DNA of 64,000 bases from Lama guanicoe. Lineage: Eukaryota. Shown one piece after another: positions 1 through 12,255 of this stretch. The position numbers and the translations under genes were made by a program. The notes under the pieces are model-generated. The model saw nothing but the letters and a program-made list of their open reading frames with translations. It had not been told where the DNA came from and ran no database searches. Where the stretch lies: positions 2,181,518 to 2,245,517 of the forward strand of contig MU053810.1 in the NCBI GenBank assembly GCA_013239625.1, given 5' to 3'. The first letter of the stretch is position 1; the number at the start of each line of letters is the position of its first letter.

Positions 1-509
1 ACAGTCACGCCATGCCAGAGTAGAGAATTCAACAAAGAAATTCTCTGGACATTATATTTTGTTCCATAAAGGAGCAGAATGTGTAGACTCTGCTTACATC
101 CCTCAAGTCCTCTGCCAAAAGACTATTCTAATGTTCTGCAGAAGATCTGTTACATTATTTGGAAATAGGGAAGAGCATTTTCCATAAGCTTTTCTTGCAA
201 ACTTCTAGAAGCATAGGGAGAAAATCTTGCCAAAACTGCCTAAGATGCACCACTTGGTTAGTGTTTGAGGTGCCAATATTGGCGATCCCAATATTTGCGA
301 TGCCTGTGGTGACATCTCTTCCCCATGATGATTTACCTTTGTCAGTCTTCGGTGGCCACTACTTTCTCGTTTCCCATCATATAACAAGTTCTTATCGTCT
401 CTCCACTGTGCTGGAAGAAAATAATCTGTTGAGAATATGCACAAAAGTTTGGAAAGCAAAAACAAACACCATATACAACGTGAACACAAATGTTTCCACT
501 TGAGATTTT

Positions 510-660
510 AGAATCAGAATTTTAAACTACAGAGGTCCTTAAGGAATAAATCCGACTGAAGCCCTCTCTTTGACAGAGGACAAAACTGAAGTCCAGAGAA
601 ATTAACTGTCTTATTCACAAAGTTACTCAATAGAGCACTAGGACCAGAATTATCTAGAGT
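510..660 (-). mobile_element. MIR-family SINE fragment
   Basis: Degenerate MIR core in reverse (ttgacagaggacaaaactgaagtccagagaaattaact...). Confidence 0.5.
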
Positions 661-664
661 TCTA

Positions 665-745
665 CCTTCATTCATTCAAAGAAATGTGGTTATGCCAGGC
701 GCTGTGCTTGGTGTTCGAGACGCAATGGTGAGTAAAACATATTCT
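665..745 (-). mobile_element. L2 3' end fragment
   Basis: ttcattcattcaa...tatgccaggcgctgtgcttggtgtt.gaga..caatggtgag, typical reverse L2 tail. Confidence 0.55.
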
Positions 746-3700
746 GTGCTAAAATGAGGTAGGAGATTTAAAAAAAAAACCAAAACATCATTCTAGACTT
801 GCTGGAGGAACTCTTTGATGAATTGTTTGGAAAGCTAGGCACATTATTACTTTTGATTGGATGAATCTTTTTTCTTCTCACCTCTGGTATAATATAAAAT
901 TCATGTAAAGTTTTCTCTAAAAGAGTTTAAATCCTGCACTTTATCACAGAAAATTTCTCTTGTCAATAGCTCCAAGATCTGACTTGGGGAATACGAAGAA
1001 AGTGTTCTTCATGGATAGCTTTCATGTTCCAAAATTCCCCATTATCTTATTTTTTTAAACCATGTTAAATGCTGTATTTTAATAGATATTTTCACCTTGG
1101 GGTGCCCCAAAAGGAATTATCTGTACAGTTGCTAACCCCTTTTACTTATCAAGCACTTCATTTACAGTGTCCACTCTTTACGTTAGTACTCATCCATGCC
1201 CTGACTGAGAATCAGACAAAGATGGAGATCATGTTCCTTTACAGCTAGACCCCCCTCCCTCCTACCTCCAGGCTCTGGCTCTCCCACATCCTCTAGGGCG
1301 AATCACTGAATCCCTCTCTGCCTCTTACTCTCCGTAGCTCAACAGAAAAACTGAATTTGCTAGACATTAATAAAAGGAAAGTACCTAAACAGGAAAGCCC
1401 CTTACAAACACGAGAGTTTTCAACTCTCCGAGAAAGGTACACAGTTCCAGGGAAATGACCTGATGTGAAAGAGTTCTCATTCAAAAGGGTAAATTCTACA
1501 CCCTCAGTATGTTCTTAAAGGCCAGGGGGGCCTCAGTCCGCATGACAGCCCAAAGATAAGAGCTGACTTGTATATTTGTAGTGCAGAAGTCTTCCATCTT
1601 CTAATAGTTTGATGTTTATGTGGAAGCAAATATATTTCTGTAACAACTGCCGAGTCCTGTGGGTAATTCACGTCTCTGGGGACACAGCCCTTGGCCAAGC
1701 ACACAAGTCAGTACCACCATCACGCGTCATGCAGGGCCAGGCTGTCTTCATGTTCTTAAGGTCACAGACAACAAGAATCTCTTGGATTTTGATAAACGTT
1801 TCATACTTATTTCACTTTTTTCTCTTTTCTTTTCTCTGCAGTGATAGAACATGTGTTTTTCCCCAACATGGTGATGAGGAACTTGCAAATGAAAATCCAC
1901 CCTAAATGAACGAAACCGATTTGAGGTGTAGCTCCGTGTTGAGGCAAATTCAGAGATTAACTGAATTTTTCCACTTAAAAAAAAATTAATTTAACATATC
2001 TTAATATAAACTAGTCCCCGTAAATAGTAGATGAGAGAGAAATTCGTTCATCTGACTCGTTTGCCTGCCTTGGCAGTCTTTTCACGTACTCATTTTTAGT
2101 TGCCTGAGTTTTTTTTTTTTTTTTTATGACTATTCCCAGAAGGTTCTTGCTTCTCAGCTGAATCCCTGGTTATTTCACTTTTACCTCATATACTTCTTCA
2201 TCGTTTGGCATCTATCCACAAGGGAACTTTCCTAATAGGTGAGGGAGAGAAATCGTTTCTTAAAACTAGAAATGCAAGCCCTCCAGGGTAATATGTCTTC
2301 TTTACAAAAGAGAAGAGTTCTGTGTATTATTAGCCCAATCTATTTTTACATTTAACACTCATTAAGACTATGTCCTCCTTCTAATGGCTACTTTGTTACT
2401 GTTTGTTAATTAGAAATCCAAAGAATACAAAGCAACCTGAATAACGGTCACCATGACCAACTTTGCCATTAAAATAAGATTTAATAGCATTTTTCTGTAT
2501 TCACACTCCCATTTTCACAAATGTAGATCCCACTCACAAATGAAAGCTACATATCTAGACTGATGTTGGCAAAGGAGAAGATCAAGAAACTGCAAATAAT
2601 TTTTGGCACAGTCTTCAGGCTGGGCGTGGTTGGGATGTCAAAATTTAAAATATCTAATTTTCTAAGTATATTGACAGGGAGGGGGAGAAATACTCTTATT
2701 CGGAGCCTAGATTAACAGCACCCAGTGAACTGAAAGACTTTGCTTTAATTTGCTACTCACTTGAAATATGAATTCTGTTTTAATAACAACAAAGCTAAAA
2801 CCAGAATCACCTCCACAATCCTTCCCACAGAGAGAAGCCCCAGGTTTGAATGGACTCTGTGTGGCTTGTCATCAGAACCAAAGGGTCAAGCACACACACA
2901 AAAAAACCAGCTTGGCTATCCCCCAAAAATATCCCTTTCCTTGAGTTTCATGTGAGAGGTGTCAGGAAAAATTGTGAAAGACTTTCAAATTGGCAAAAAA
3001 AAAAAAAATTACTGCATTTTCTTATCTAGTGTTACCTTCTGGCTAATTTGGCCTTTCACTGTCTTTGAACTACTTTACCACACCGAAAATTGTTGAAAAC
3101 TGATAACAACGCTAATGATGCTTTATCCATACAAATGCAAATTAATTGCATCCTGGGGAAAAGCAATTGATTATTGCCTTGTTGATAGACCCTCTTGTAT
3201 CTGTTTGTAAATGCAATTCAGCATTCCTTATTACTCATTTATATTTGGTTCCTCAAATTCATCTTTGCACCAATTGAAACATCTTACTGGTGCCCTCATT
3301 AATTAATGAGTTAAAATCTTTGACGTGTGTTGTTCATTTTACGTTTTATGAGAATCATGATTTCACCTCTTATTTTTAAAAAAATCCTTTAACAGATGCA
3401 AATGATTTAGTTACCTTCACTTCTTCCCTTTAACATTCAGCAAAAATAGAATCTGAGACGGTATTACAGGATAAAGCCCTATTCTCTAAATTGTGAGCTG
3501 TGGCCACAAAAATTTTTGGTGTTTATGAAAAATCATCTTTTTGTTTTTTGTTTTTTTTAAAGTTCTGATCTCATTTGACTATTGGCAAATGCCACATGTG
3601 TGCTTGTGTATATGTACATTCACACACAAAACATACACACACAACGCACACACGCACTCAGGCAGAGTTAATTCATCACAGCTGCCAGTTACCTCTTGAA

Positions 3701-5212
3701 AGGCATACAAGGCTTCAATAAATGCAAAGACTTAATTACTTCTCACATCTGGAAAAACTTGAATATGAGAGTGGGTTTATTGAAGAAGCTCTTTGCTTGG
3801 CTGTCAACACCATATCAAGAGCCAGAGAAAGTGGGCTTGATCAGTGCTGGCAATTCTTTACCCCTTTAGAGATAGATGTTCCACCAATTAATTCATAACA
3901 TGTCCTGCTTACATGATTTATGAATTTTATGAAAAAACAGTAAATAATTTCCTACTCATTTATGGAGAAAAGCTGTTTCTGTCATGTTTCCAGACGGGAA
4001 GAATCGTAAATTGAAATGTGGAAATAATAAGGAAGTCCTTATAGTCAAAGAAAAAGGGAAAGGTTTTGGGGTTGAAGAGCATATTGAAAACAGCCATTAG
4101 AACAATAACTTATGTAAACATATGGGAAACAAGACAATTCAGCCCTTTCTAGAGAAGGTGTAACAACTGTCTCTAAAATGCAAGTGGGGAGTTACATGAG
4201 CTCATAGCAAGAAGATTTAGCAGAAATCAAGGAGTGGGCAGATGTCCCCCTGGAGAGGATATTTAAGCCAGAATTGGGCAAAGTAACGGGGTGCAGAAAT
4301 GACATCGAAAGGACATTTGCAAAGACCGAGAGACAAGGGTTGGAGGAACCACGAGTTCAGTGTCAATGGAGCATACAATGGGGAGAGACGAGGGGGGCAG
4401 ATGAGCTCCAGGAAGTAAAGGTATGGAAATCACTTTTCTCAACACAATAAGCTCAAGCCAGCTTGAACCACGAATCCTCTACAAACAACACAACTCCTGA
4501 TCAGCTAACTGCAGAAACATAACCTTTACACTACTCTATTCGCTTCATATGCCTTCAATTTCATTGTTACCCCTTCATTTTATCAGTTGCCAGTTGAAAT
4601 ATTCCTCTTATCTGGACTTTATGAAAACTCATAGTGAAGAAATTATTCCCAAGTGTATCAGTCTAATGAAGAAACATATTCGTGAAAAATACATTTGTAT
4701 TAAATATCCCCCCAAATAAATAGAAATTATGTTAAATGTGTTTAAGATACAAATTTCACCCTTCTACATTGCTGCAATTACAGTTTTATTCTTGAAATGC
4801 AACTGTTTTTTCTGCTTTTTACTAAATAAGTGTTATCAATATTTCTACTTGAGCCTAAAGCATCCAATTACTACCGTAAGTATAGTACGGATTTCTGTCT
4901 TGAAGTCATGATTTCATCACACGTTAAGCCAAGGAAAACAACACATCTGACCCTCACAAGTTTGGAACTTTTGAAGTACTAATTCCTGAGTTTTATTCCA
5001 GTTGTTTCCATGGAGTTTCTTCCTGTGTAATTCAAAATACAAGATATGATCAAACTAGGACCATAACTGAAGTAAATGTATCATTAAAACAGCTATAAAG
5101 TTAATGGTGTTTTAAAATAACTGGTACCCTTTGAATAGTGAGAATTAGTTTGACATATATGGGTGGTAATTTCTCTCTGACGACTTCATCTTCTTTACGA
5201 TTTAATGTGTTC

Positions 5213-5240
5213 GTGTGTGTGTGTGTGTGTGTGTGTGTGT
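5213..5240. repeat. (GT)14 microsatellite
   Basis: Direct reading. Confidence 0.95.
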
Positions 5241-5246
5241 CTAACT

Positions 5247-5430
5247 TCATGCATTCATTTCACAAATGTTTCTTGTGTGCATTCTGTGAGCTAGGCACTA
5301 TTTTAATTTTAATCTCTTCAAATAATCAATGAATAACACCAACAAAATCTCTACCCTCTCTTATTACAATCATATATTCATTCATCAAATAATTTATTTA
5401 GCATCTACTTTATGTCATGCGTTGTACTAG
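5247..5430 (-). mobile_element. Two L2 3' end fragments
   Basis: cattcatttcacaaatgttt...ctaggcact and ttcattcatcaaataatttatttagcatctact...tgtactaggc. Confidence 0.55.
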
Positions 5431-5809
5431 GCTTTGCATCTGCATTGTATTTCAGGCAGTGAATATACATGTGATAGTCAATATTCACTAGTAAATGCAG
5501 TGAAAAATATACATTTTATTATACTATGATAAATGTTTGATTTATAAAAGCTGCATTTTCAAAAAAGTAGCAGCATGTTTTAGAAAAGTTTTTATCAATG
5601 TTCAAATAATTTCATAGATATTATTTCTATCCTATTTTCTACACTAGTTGTACCAGCTTTCTCCATCTTATTTTCTTAAATTGTGTATGCAAAATTTTTC
5701 TTTATAACTTCAATATGCCTGACTTATTTTTGATTTGCCCATAAAGTGACATCTTCCAGGCAATGTCTATCTATGTTGTTTTAACTATTTCCAAAATCAT
5801 TCCCTGAAG

Positions 5810-6105
5810 TTGCTCTGTTCAGCAGAATTTTAACATGAGTCACATATGTAATCTGAAATATTTTAATTGCCACACTAAAAAACAAAAAAAGACTGAATTG
5901 ACTTTAGTGATATATTTTATATAACTCAATATATCCAGAATATTATCTTTCAACATATAACCAATATAAAAAGTACTGTGATATTTTATATTTTCTTATA
6001 CAAAGTCTTTGAAATCCAGTGTGTTTTAATTCCATGCTTACAGCACATCTCAAATTCAGACGAGCCACACTGGACAGTGGTTCCATAGTGGACAGAATAG
6101 CTGTA
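5810..6105. mobile_element. MER33-like hAT-Charlie non-autonomous DNA transposon
   Basis: atgagtcacatatgtaat...ttgccacactaaaa...actcaatatatccagaatattat...cttacagcacatctcaaattcagacgagccaca...tggacag matches the MER33 layout. Confidence 0.75.
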
Positions 6106-7065
6106 CGTAATGCTGAGAGCCTGGAAACCACTAGCTATTTTTCATCATATATACCTTAAATATGAAAAAAACACATTTAAAATTAAACTTCTTAAGATGA
6201 GAATTTCAGAATGGTAATATGCAAGCAATAAAAACGGCAATCTACTTTAGTTCCCAGACTATCTAAATCAGAGCCCTCTGTATGGGAATGTATTCTATTA
6301 AAAGTCTAAATTGTTATTATAAATAATGAATTAACTCTTTAAATTGTGTTTTAATTAACTTCATCAAAGGTGTATTTTCAAAATGCTATCTTGTTTCATT
6401 AATGAGAATGACATATTTAAAGTCCTGGCACTTTCCAGGATAAATATTCATTCTTTAATCATCTATATAATAAATTGATAATTATATGAGTGAATAATAG
6501 ATATTCATTCTTTTTCTTTCTCTATCTAATTAGAAGAAGCCCAAATAGTGAAATATCTCCATCAATACTCTCATTTATTTTTTTTTACTCACATTTTTAA
6601 CTCACATAACACAAATTAAAACACACCAGCAATTTGCTCATGAATTTGGCCAGGTAACTTCTTTTTAAACCACATTGTAAAGTAATGTCACAGTCAAGTA
6701 CAAGATTTTAATAAAGAAGCTGATGGATCATTTAAAGAACCTAAGTGCTTCACTGAAATGAGACTTTTCTATTAAAAACCTGAAATCTTCAAATACTCAA
6801 CAGAAAAGCTCCAGAGCAATGAAGGGAAACACAGCATCTCTTATTTCTGTTCCACAGAGGACCCAGCTTTTTCCCTTGACGGAGCCAGCAAAATGGGTAT
6901 TTTTTAACTGCTGGGATCTGTAATAATATCCAAATGCCATGAAGTGCTCTCAATCCTTGAGCAGACAGGAACCTACTTTGCAAAGCTTGCCTGCTTTTCA
7001 TTCATGAATGGCACACTTATAAGCCAGTAATGAGCTAGAAAATATTTCACAACCATCTCTGCCAG

Positions 7066-7120
7066 GGAAAGGAAAGAAGGAAGAAAGGAAGGGAGGGAGG
7101 GCAAGAAGGAGGGAGGAGCA
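7066..7120. repeat. Degenerate (GGAA/GGAG)n purine tract
   Basis: Direct reading. Confidence 0.8.
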
Positions 7121-8979
7121 AAGTTAGCTGAGAGGGGCTCAAAGGAGCCGGCACCATGCACGAAGGCAGATTTCACTGTACCCAAAAGAGCCTGCCCTTT
7201 CCGCATAGCTGCCTAGACATCCAAAAAGATCAGCTGTGTTTTCTTTTAATGGCATTCAATACACTGAAGTTTCTAGATTAGACTAGAATATTAGAAAAAT
7301 TCCTCCCAAATTTAAGAGCAATAATAATTGTATAAAAGAAATACTGGTCTTGTACTCCAGAGCTGAAAATGAGAATTTCATTTAACAACATGGATAATTT
7401 TTTAATGTAGGTTCTCTAGCCATTTCTTTAAATTCTGTCATTTTTAAAGCATGATGCAGTGATTTTTAAGGTTTCCTATTACAAACTGTCTGAAAAGTGA
7501 ACTTTTGAAAGAGAATTCCCACTCTGAGCGTCTTTTTTTAATGTCAGAAATTTTACTTAGGTAGAAAATTTGCTGGAAAGGAGGTAATTTTGCTGACACA
7601 TTTTAATGAAGTAACAAGGACATCTTTTTTCAAGATTTTAATTAAGCTTTGATACTAGATCACTATTATCATAATCCTATGAAGTATTTTTTTCTTACAG
7701 AAATATCACTTATGTGCGTTTGATCAAGGCTGTACTTGGTTTCTTATTTTAAGGTTTAAAAATCACTAAATATGTTTTCCTTTGAAAATTCTTTATGATG
7801 TTTACATTACTCACCGGTACAAAGAGCGAAGGAAACCTCAGGTTTTAATTTAATCAGATTAAACAGCCAAATTTTATAATCCCACCTTAAAGTATTCATA
7901 TGTACGGGCTTTTAAAACATTATAATAGCTTTAGATTTTCTTAACAAATCTTACAAGATTTTTTTTTTAGAGACTATCTGATTACCAATTAAGTGTGGCC
8001 AACTCAAACTACAAAAATTCCTGTAAGGGGTAAATTATTAGGTATTATAGAATCTAATCTTCTGGAATAGAGTTACAAAAGACTTTTCTTATAAAGAAGA
8101 TTATACATGATTTTATGCTTTAACTAGTTATTTATTTAATTTACCTTTTTATTATATATTAAGTTCAGGATTTTATTAATTTTTTTTTTGTTTTTTCACT
8201 TTTCCAAAACACAGCAATGGTGAACATCATGTTTAAACAAACGAACTTTGTTTAAATATCAAAAGTTCAAATGTTTATGCTATAAAGACTAAACAGTTTT
8301 CAAAACATCATTAAAAATATGTCTTTTAAAGTATATTACAGGCTTTTATAATGTTTGTATTTCAGAGACAGGACCAGTGATTGTATTTGGGCCATGATTT
8401 GACAAAGATTATCCCTGACTCATAGAATATGTTATAATGGGGTTTCTGCTCAAGTTCTTTATGTTATACTTAAAAAAAAAAAAAGAACACATGTGTAAGA
8501 TTATATTCCACATCGAATTGATAGCAGAACTTCTCTCCAGCCTGGCTAAAACACTATGACTGGCCAGCCAAGAAGGACTAAGGACAGAAGAGACCTGAGG
8601 CCCATGAGTTCCTCACTGAATGAGCTGTAGTCACAGAGTAATCACTTGGAAAGGGTGAGCTGCAAGCAGCACCCCTGGTGTGCAGAGTGCAAAAGCTCCC
8701 CTGGAGGAGGAGTCCCAAGACATGTGCTCAAAACCCCACTCTGCTATCGACCTGCTATGTGGTGGCAGGTGGGTCACTTGAGGACCTTGGTCCTTTATTT
8801 TCTCCCCTGTAAAAACCTAGGCCAGCCTTTCTAGTTCTAAGATTATATGGCTCCCTGATTACCAAGTTTATCTTATCTACTAATCACCATGGTAAAAGGG
8901 TTCAAAGATGAAAACATTATCAACAACAGATTATTTTATCAAATCACTTCTTTTGGGGCGGGTGGTCAAAAAGGAATAG

Positions 8980-9160
8980 AAGTCACCTGTGTTGAACAGG
9001 AGACACTAGGGTAGGTCCTTTACACATCTTATCTCCTGGCATACTCATCAACTCTCTGGAAAGCAAATACTCTCAGGCTCCCCAAACTGAAGCTCAAAGA
9101 GGCACAGTAATTTGCTTAAAAGTAACATCAACAGGACTGGAACCAAGATCTTCCATATGT
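8980..9160 (-). mobile_element. MIR fragment
   Basis: aaactgaagctcaaagaggcacagtaatttgc...ggactggaaccaagatct. Confidence 0.5.
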
Positions 9161-10139
9161 TTATGTATTGCCTCACCTTTTATTCCCGCTGTGTGCATTG
9201 ATCACTGTGATGTCATACTGCTGGAATCTACTTTTAAAAAACTCCTTCTGTATTTTGACTACAGGTCAGAACCTAAACCAGGTATGACTGAACGGCTGAT
9301 AAACTACAGGATATTTACAAAGCCCATTCCCATACACATCAAAATGCTTTTAACACATTAAAGACATAACCTTTAAACAACTACAAGAACAGTTTCATAG
9401 TCTAGTCTAAAAACTAGAGCATTTAACTCAAGGTACACATATATAAGAAAATAAAAGTGGGTTCCATACGCACATAAAACAGGGATGTATTCCCAAGGCA
9501 TAGGAAATCGTCGGTGATATAGCTACACTGAGTATATTCATAGCCATGTGTTCCAAAATCTATATAAACATAATCAGTGGAAAATTAAATTCTGATAGAG
9601 CCAAGTGTATGGCTTTGAAAAGCTTTTAAGCATTTATCTCTCCAGTGATCTCGTGGGGAGATCAAGCTTGCTTTTCAAGCAATGACACTGTCCAAAGCTC
9701 TAAAAAGCAGATATTTATCATAGCATTCAATCTGTTGCAAGAATTTCTTGGCAGTTTGACTCAATATAAGAAAATAAAGTTTTCATGTCATCACAAATGG
9801 GGAAAGAAGTTGTTATCTTAAGCACTACCTTTCCTTATACTTCAATTTAATTAACATACTCTCTCAAGGTTATAACAATAACTTTTGTTATTCTTCACCC
9901 TAATAATATTTTAGTTGTCCTGCAAACATGAATGTAAATGTGAAAAAAGAAAAGTAACTTTTTAAAAACAACACTAGATGACTAACACAAAATAGATGAC
10001 CGACTTTATTTTATATTAGTTCTGATTCATATTTTCAGTTGTATTACCGTTGCCTAAAGGAATGCTTTGGAATCAGTGGCACTGAAACATCTGAAATACA
10101 AATGTGTACTGCTCATGTATATATTCTTTTCAAGTAATT

Positions 10140-11050
10140 CAGTATTCAGTTCAAAATATCCATATTTGAACTACTATGTATACATCACTATGTTAGGCAT
10201 TGTAAAATCTAGACTTTCATACTCAAGGAGCTTATAATCCATGAGTAGAAATGAAACTATCAGAAAATATACTGAAGTCATTAGGGAATTACAGGACGGA
10301 GGAAATCACAAATATCAAGGAGACTCTAGAGTTTCATGAACATTGCTTTGGATCTGCACGTTACAAAGATGAATCAGTTTTTCAAAAGTAAGAAAAGGGA
10401 GTTGGAAGATGAAGCACAAGGAAGGACAACAGAATGACCACATCATGGCCCTGTGAGAGAAGAGTTCAGTTCACATAGGGATGGAGTAGGAGTAAGGAAT
10501 ACAGGGAGGGCACAATGAAGACAGCTTCAAGTGCCAAGCCAAGAATTTTATACACAGTTCAATCAGAAGTGTTGCCTCACAAAGTGTTAAAGCAGGGAGT
10601 GACATATAAATAAAATACAGAAAGATTACTCTAGTTGCAGTGTAGGTAAAATCCACTGAAATGGAAGGAAAGAGGGTATCAGAAGACTTCTGCAAAATGG
10701 TCCAGGCAAGAAATAAAGCCCAGGGTCATAAAAGTTGGTAAAAGCAGAGATTTGGGACACACTAAAAATTTCAGCTGAGCAAAAGAGACAAGATGTGAAA
10801 ATGAGAGAAGTGAGGTCATTCTAAGGTATTTTGAGTTGTTTGGCTACAGAGGGAAATAAACTCAGACACAGGCATGTTGAATCTAATATGAAATTGTTTG
10901 GGTGGAGTATCTGCTATCAGTTAGACATGCATAGCAGTCCAATTTGGGCACTGGTTTAGCTCAGGAAAAGGGGTCAGAGTTCAGAGAGGTGAACAGTGGA
11001 GAAAGTAAAGAGAGAACGATTTTCAAAGACATCTCCTAAAGGAAAGCAAT
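10140..11050 (-). mobile_element. L2 LINE fragment
   Basis: ctcaaggagcttataatc, agattactctagttgcagtgtagg, tggtccaggcaaga, ggcatgttgaat are reverse L2 hallmarks. Confidence 0.65.
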
Positions 11051-11379
11051 TCATCACCAAAGGACACTGCTGACCATTCTTGCTGTACACAGGAAAAGGT
11101 ACACTCTTGAAACAAGGTGTTCCATGAGAAAAAGAAAAAGAAAAATTCTCTCTAGTCTGTTTTCTTAACAATTCTCAAAACCTAGACTACTTTATTTTAA
11201 TGGACTGCATCATTAAAAATACTTATTTTGAATAAGGAATTTGGAATACAAAAAAAATTATCTGCTCCAAGGAGCTTTTAAAACATTTTACATACTTTTG
11301 TCTGCTTATAAAAATGGTAAATGTTCAGAGTGTACTGGGAATAGCAAAAAGCATAAAAATCAAGTGTTTAAAATATTGT

Positions 11380-11570
11380 ATCAGGAAATGCTGAATTGTA
11401 TCAAATAGTTTTTTAGCATCAGATGGCTTTTCTTACTTGATTTTTTGATCAGCATAGACAGCATATTGGTTTTATCATATTATATTAATAGGTGTCCTAA
11501 TATTGAACCATCCTTGCATTCTCAGACTAAATACTGCTTTTTATAGATTATTCTTTGAATAAATATGATT
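11380..11570 (-). mobile_element. Ancient L1M ORF2 fragment
   Basis: gctgaattgtatcaaatagttttttagcatc...atattgaaccatccttgcattctcagactaaat, reverse L1 ORF2. Confidence 0.7.
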
Positions 11571-11749
11571 TTATAGTGTTTGTATAATAATGTGGATGAA
11601 AATGCATAAATATGTTCATGACTAGAGCCATTTATGTTTGTGAACTAGAGTTTTCTTTCAAGGCTGTCGCCTTTTTTGTGCTCTCTGCCAATTTATGTAC
11701 CTTTGAAATGGCTGTTCCCTACAAACAGGATCAACACATCAATAAGCTA

Positions 11750-12255
11750 TAGCAGACATATCAATAGATTTACCAGTGTGAACCATGCTCAGGTCCCAAT
11801 TGCTTATGAGACTATGAATCACATGACCTGAGTAATTCAGCTATAGCTCATTGGACCTGGAGCAAACACCTCACCTGGGGAGAAGCACATTGGCCATTCA
11901 CTGACCAATAAGAAAGTGTTTATGAGTTTGAATCAAGAGACATTTACCCGTAAATAATCAGATGGTGGTTATTTACTAGAGCTAGAAGGCCAGACAGATA
12001 CAAGTGGGTGGCTATTTTTCAACCTTAGGCTAATAAGTGGCTAAGAATCCTGTATTCAGAGAAAAACAGAGACAAATAACTGTATCTATAAACCCAAAAC
12101 ACACAGTGAAAGAGATTTGCTTTGTAAGAACTTCATGGTTCCCATGAAGTCCAGCTTTAGCTGTTGGAACTGCTTTCTATGAAATCATCCTATGTCCCTC
12201 TACAAACGCATTTTTTTCTCTAGCCATTTCTTGGCATCAAACATTCCTAAGACAG
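11750..12255 (+). mobile_element. Old MaLR/ERVL LTR remnant (MLT1-like)
   Basis: gctcattggacctggagcaaacacctcacc and terminal catcaaacattcctaagaca resemble old MLT1 LTRs; heavily diverged. Confidence 0.4.

Noticed and set aside
159..503. 114-aa + strand ORF and overlapping 94-aa - strand ORF
   Set aside because: No recognisable domain; the lengths are within chance expectation for intronic DNA.
1810..1905. Strong + strand acceptor (polypyrimidine tract + CAG at 1839-1841)
   Set aside because: Antisense to the host gene, no good donor or partner exon found; probably a purine/pyrimidine tract.
8232..8256. 10-bp inverted repeat TTTAAACAAA/TTTGTTTAAA
   Set aside because: Low-complexity AT-rich stem, plausible by chance.
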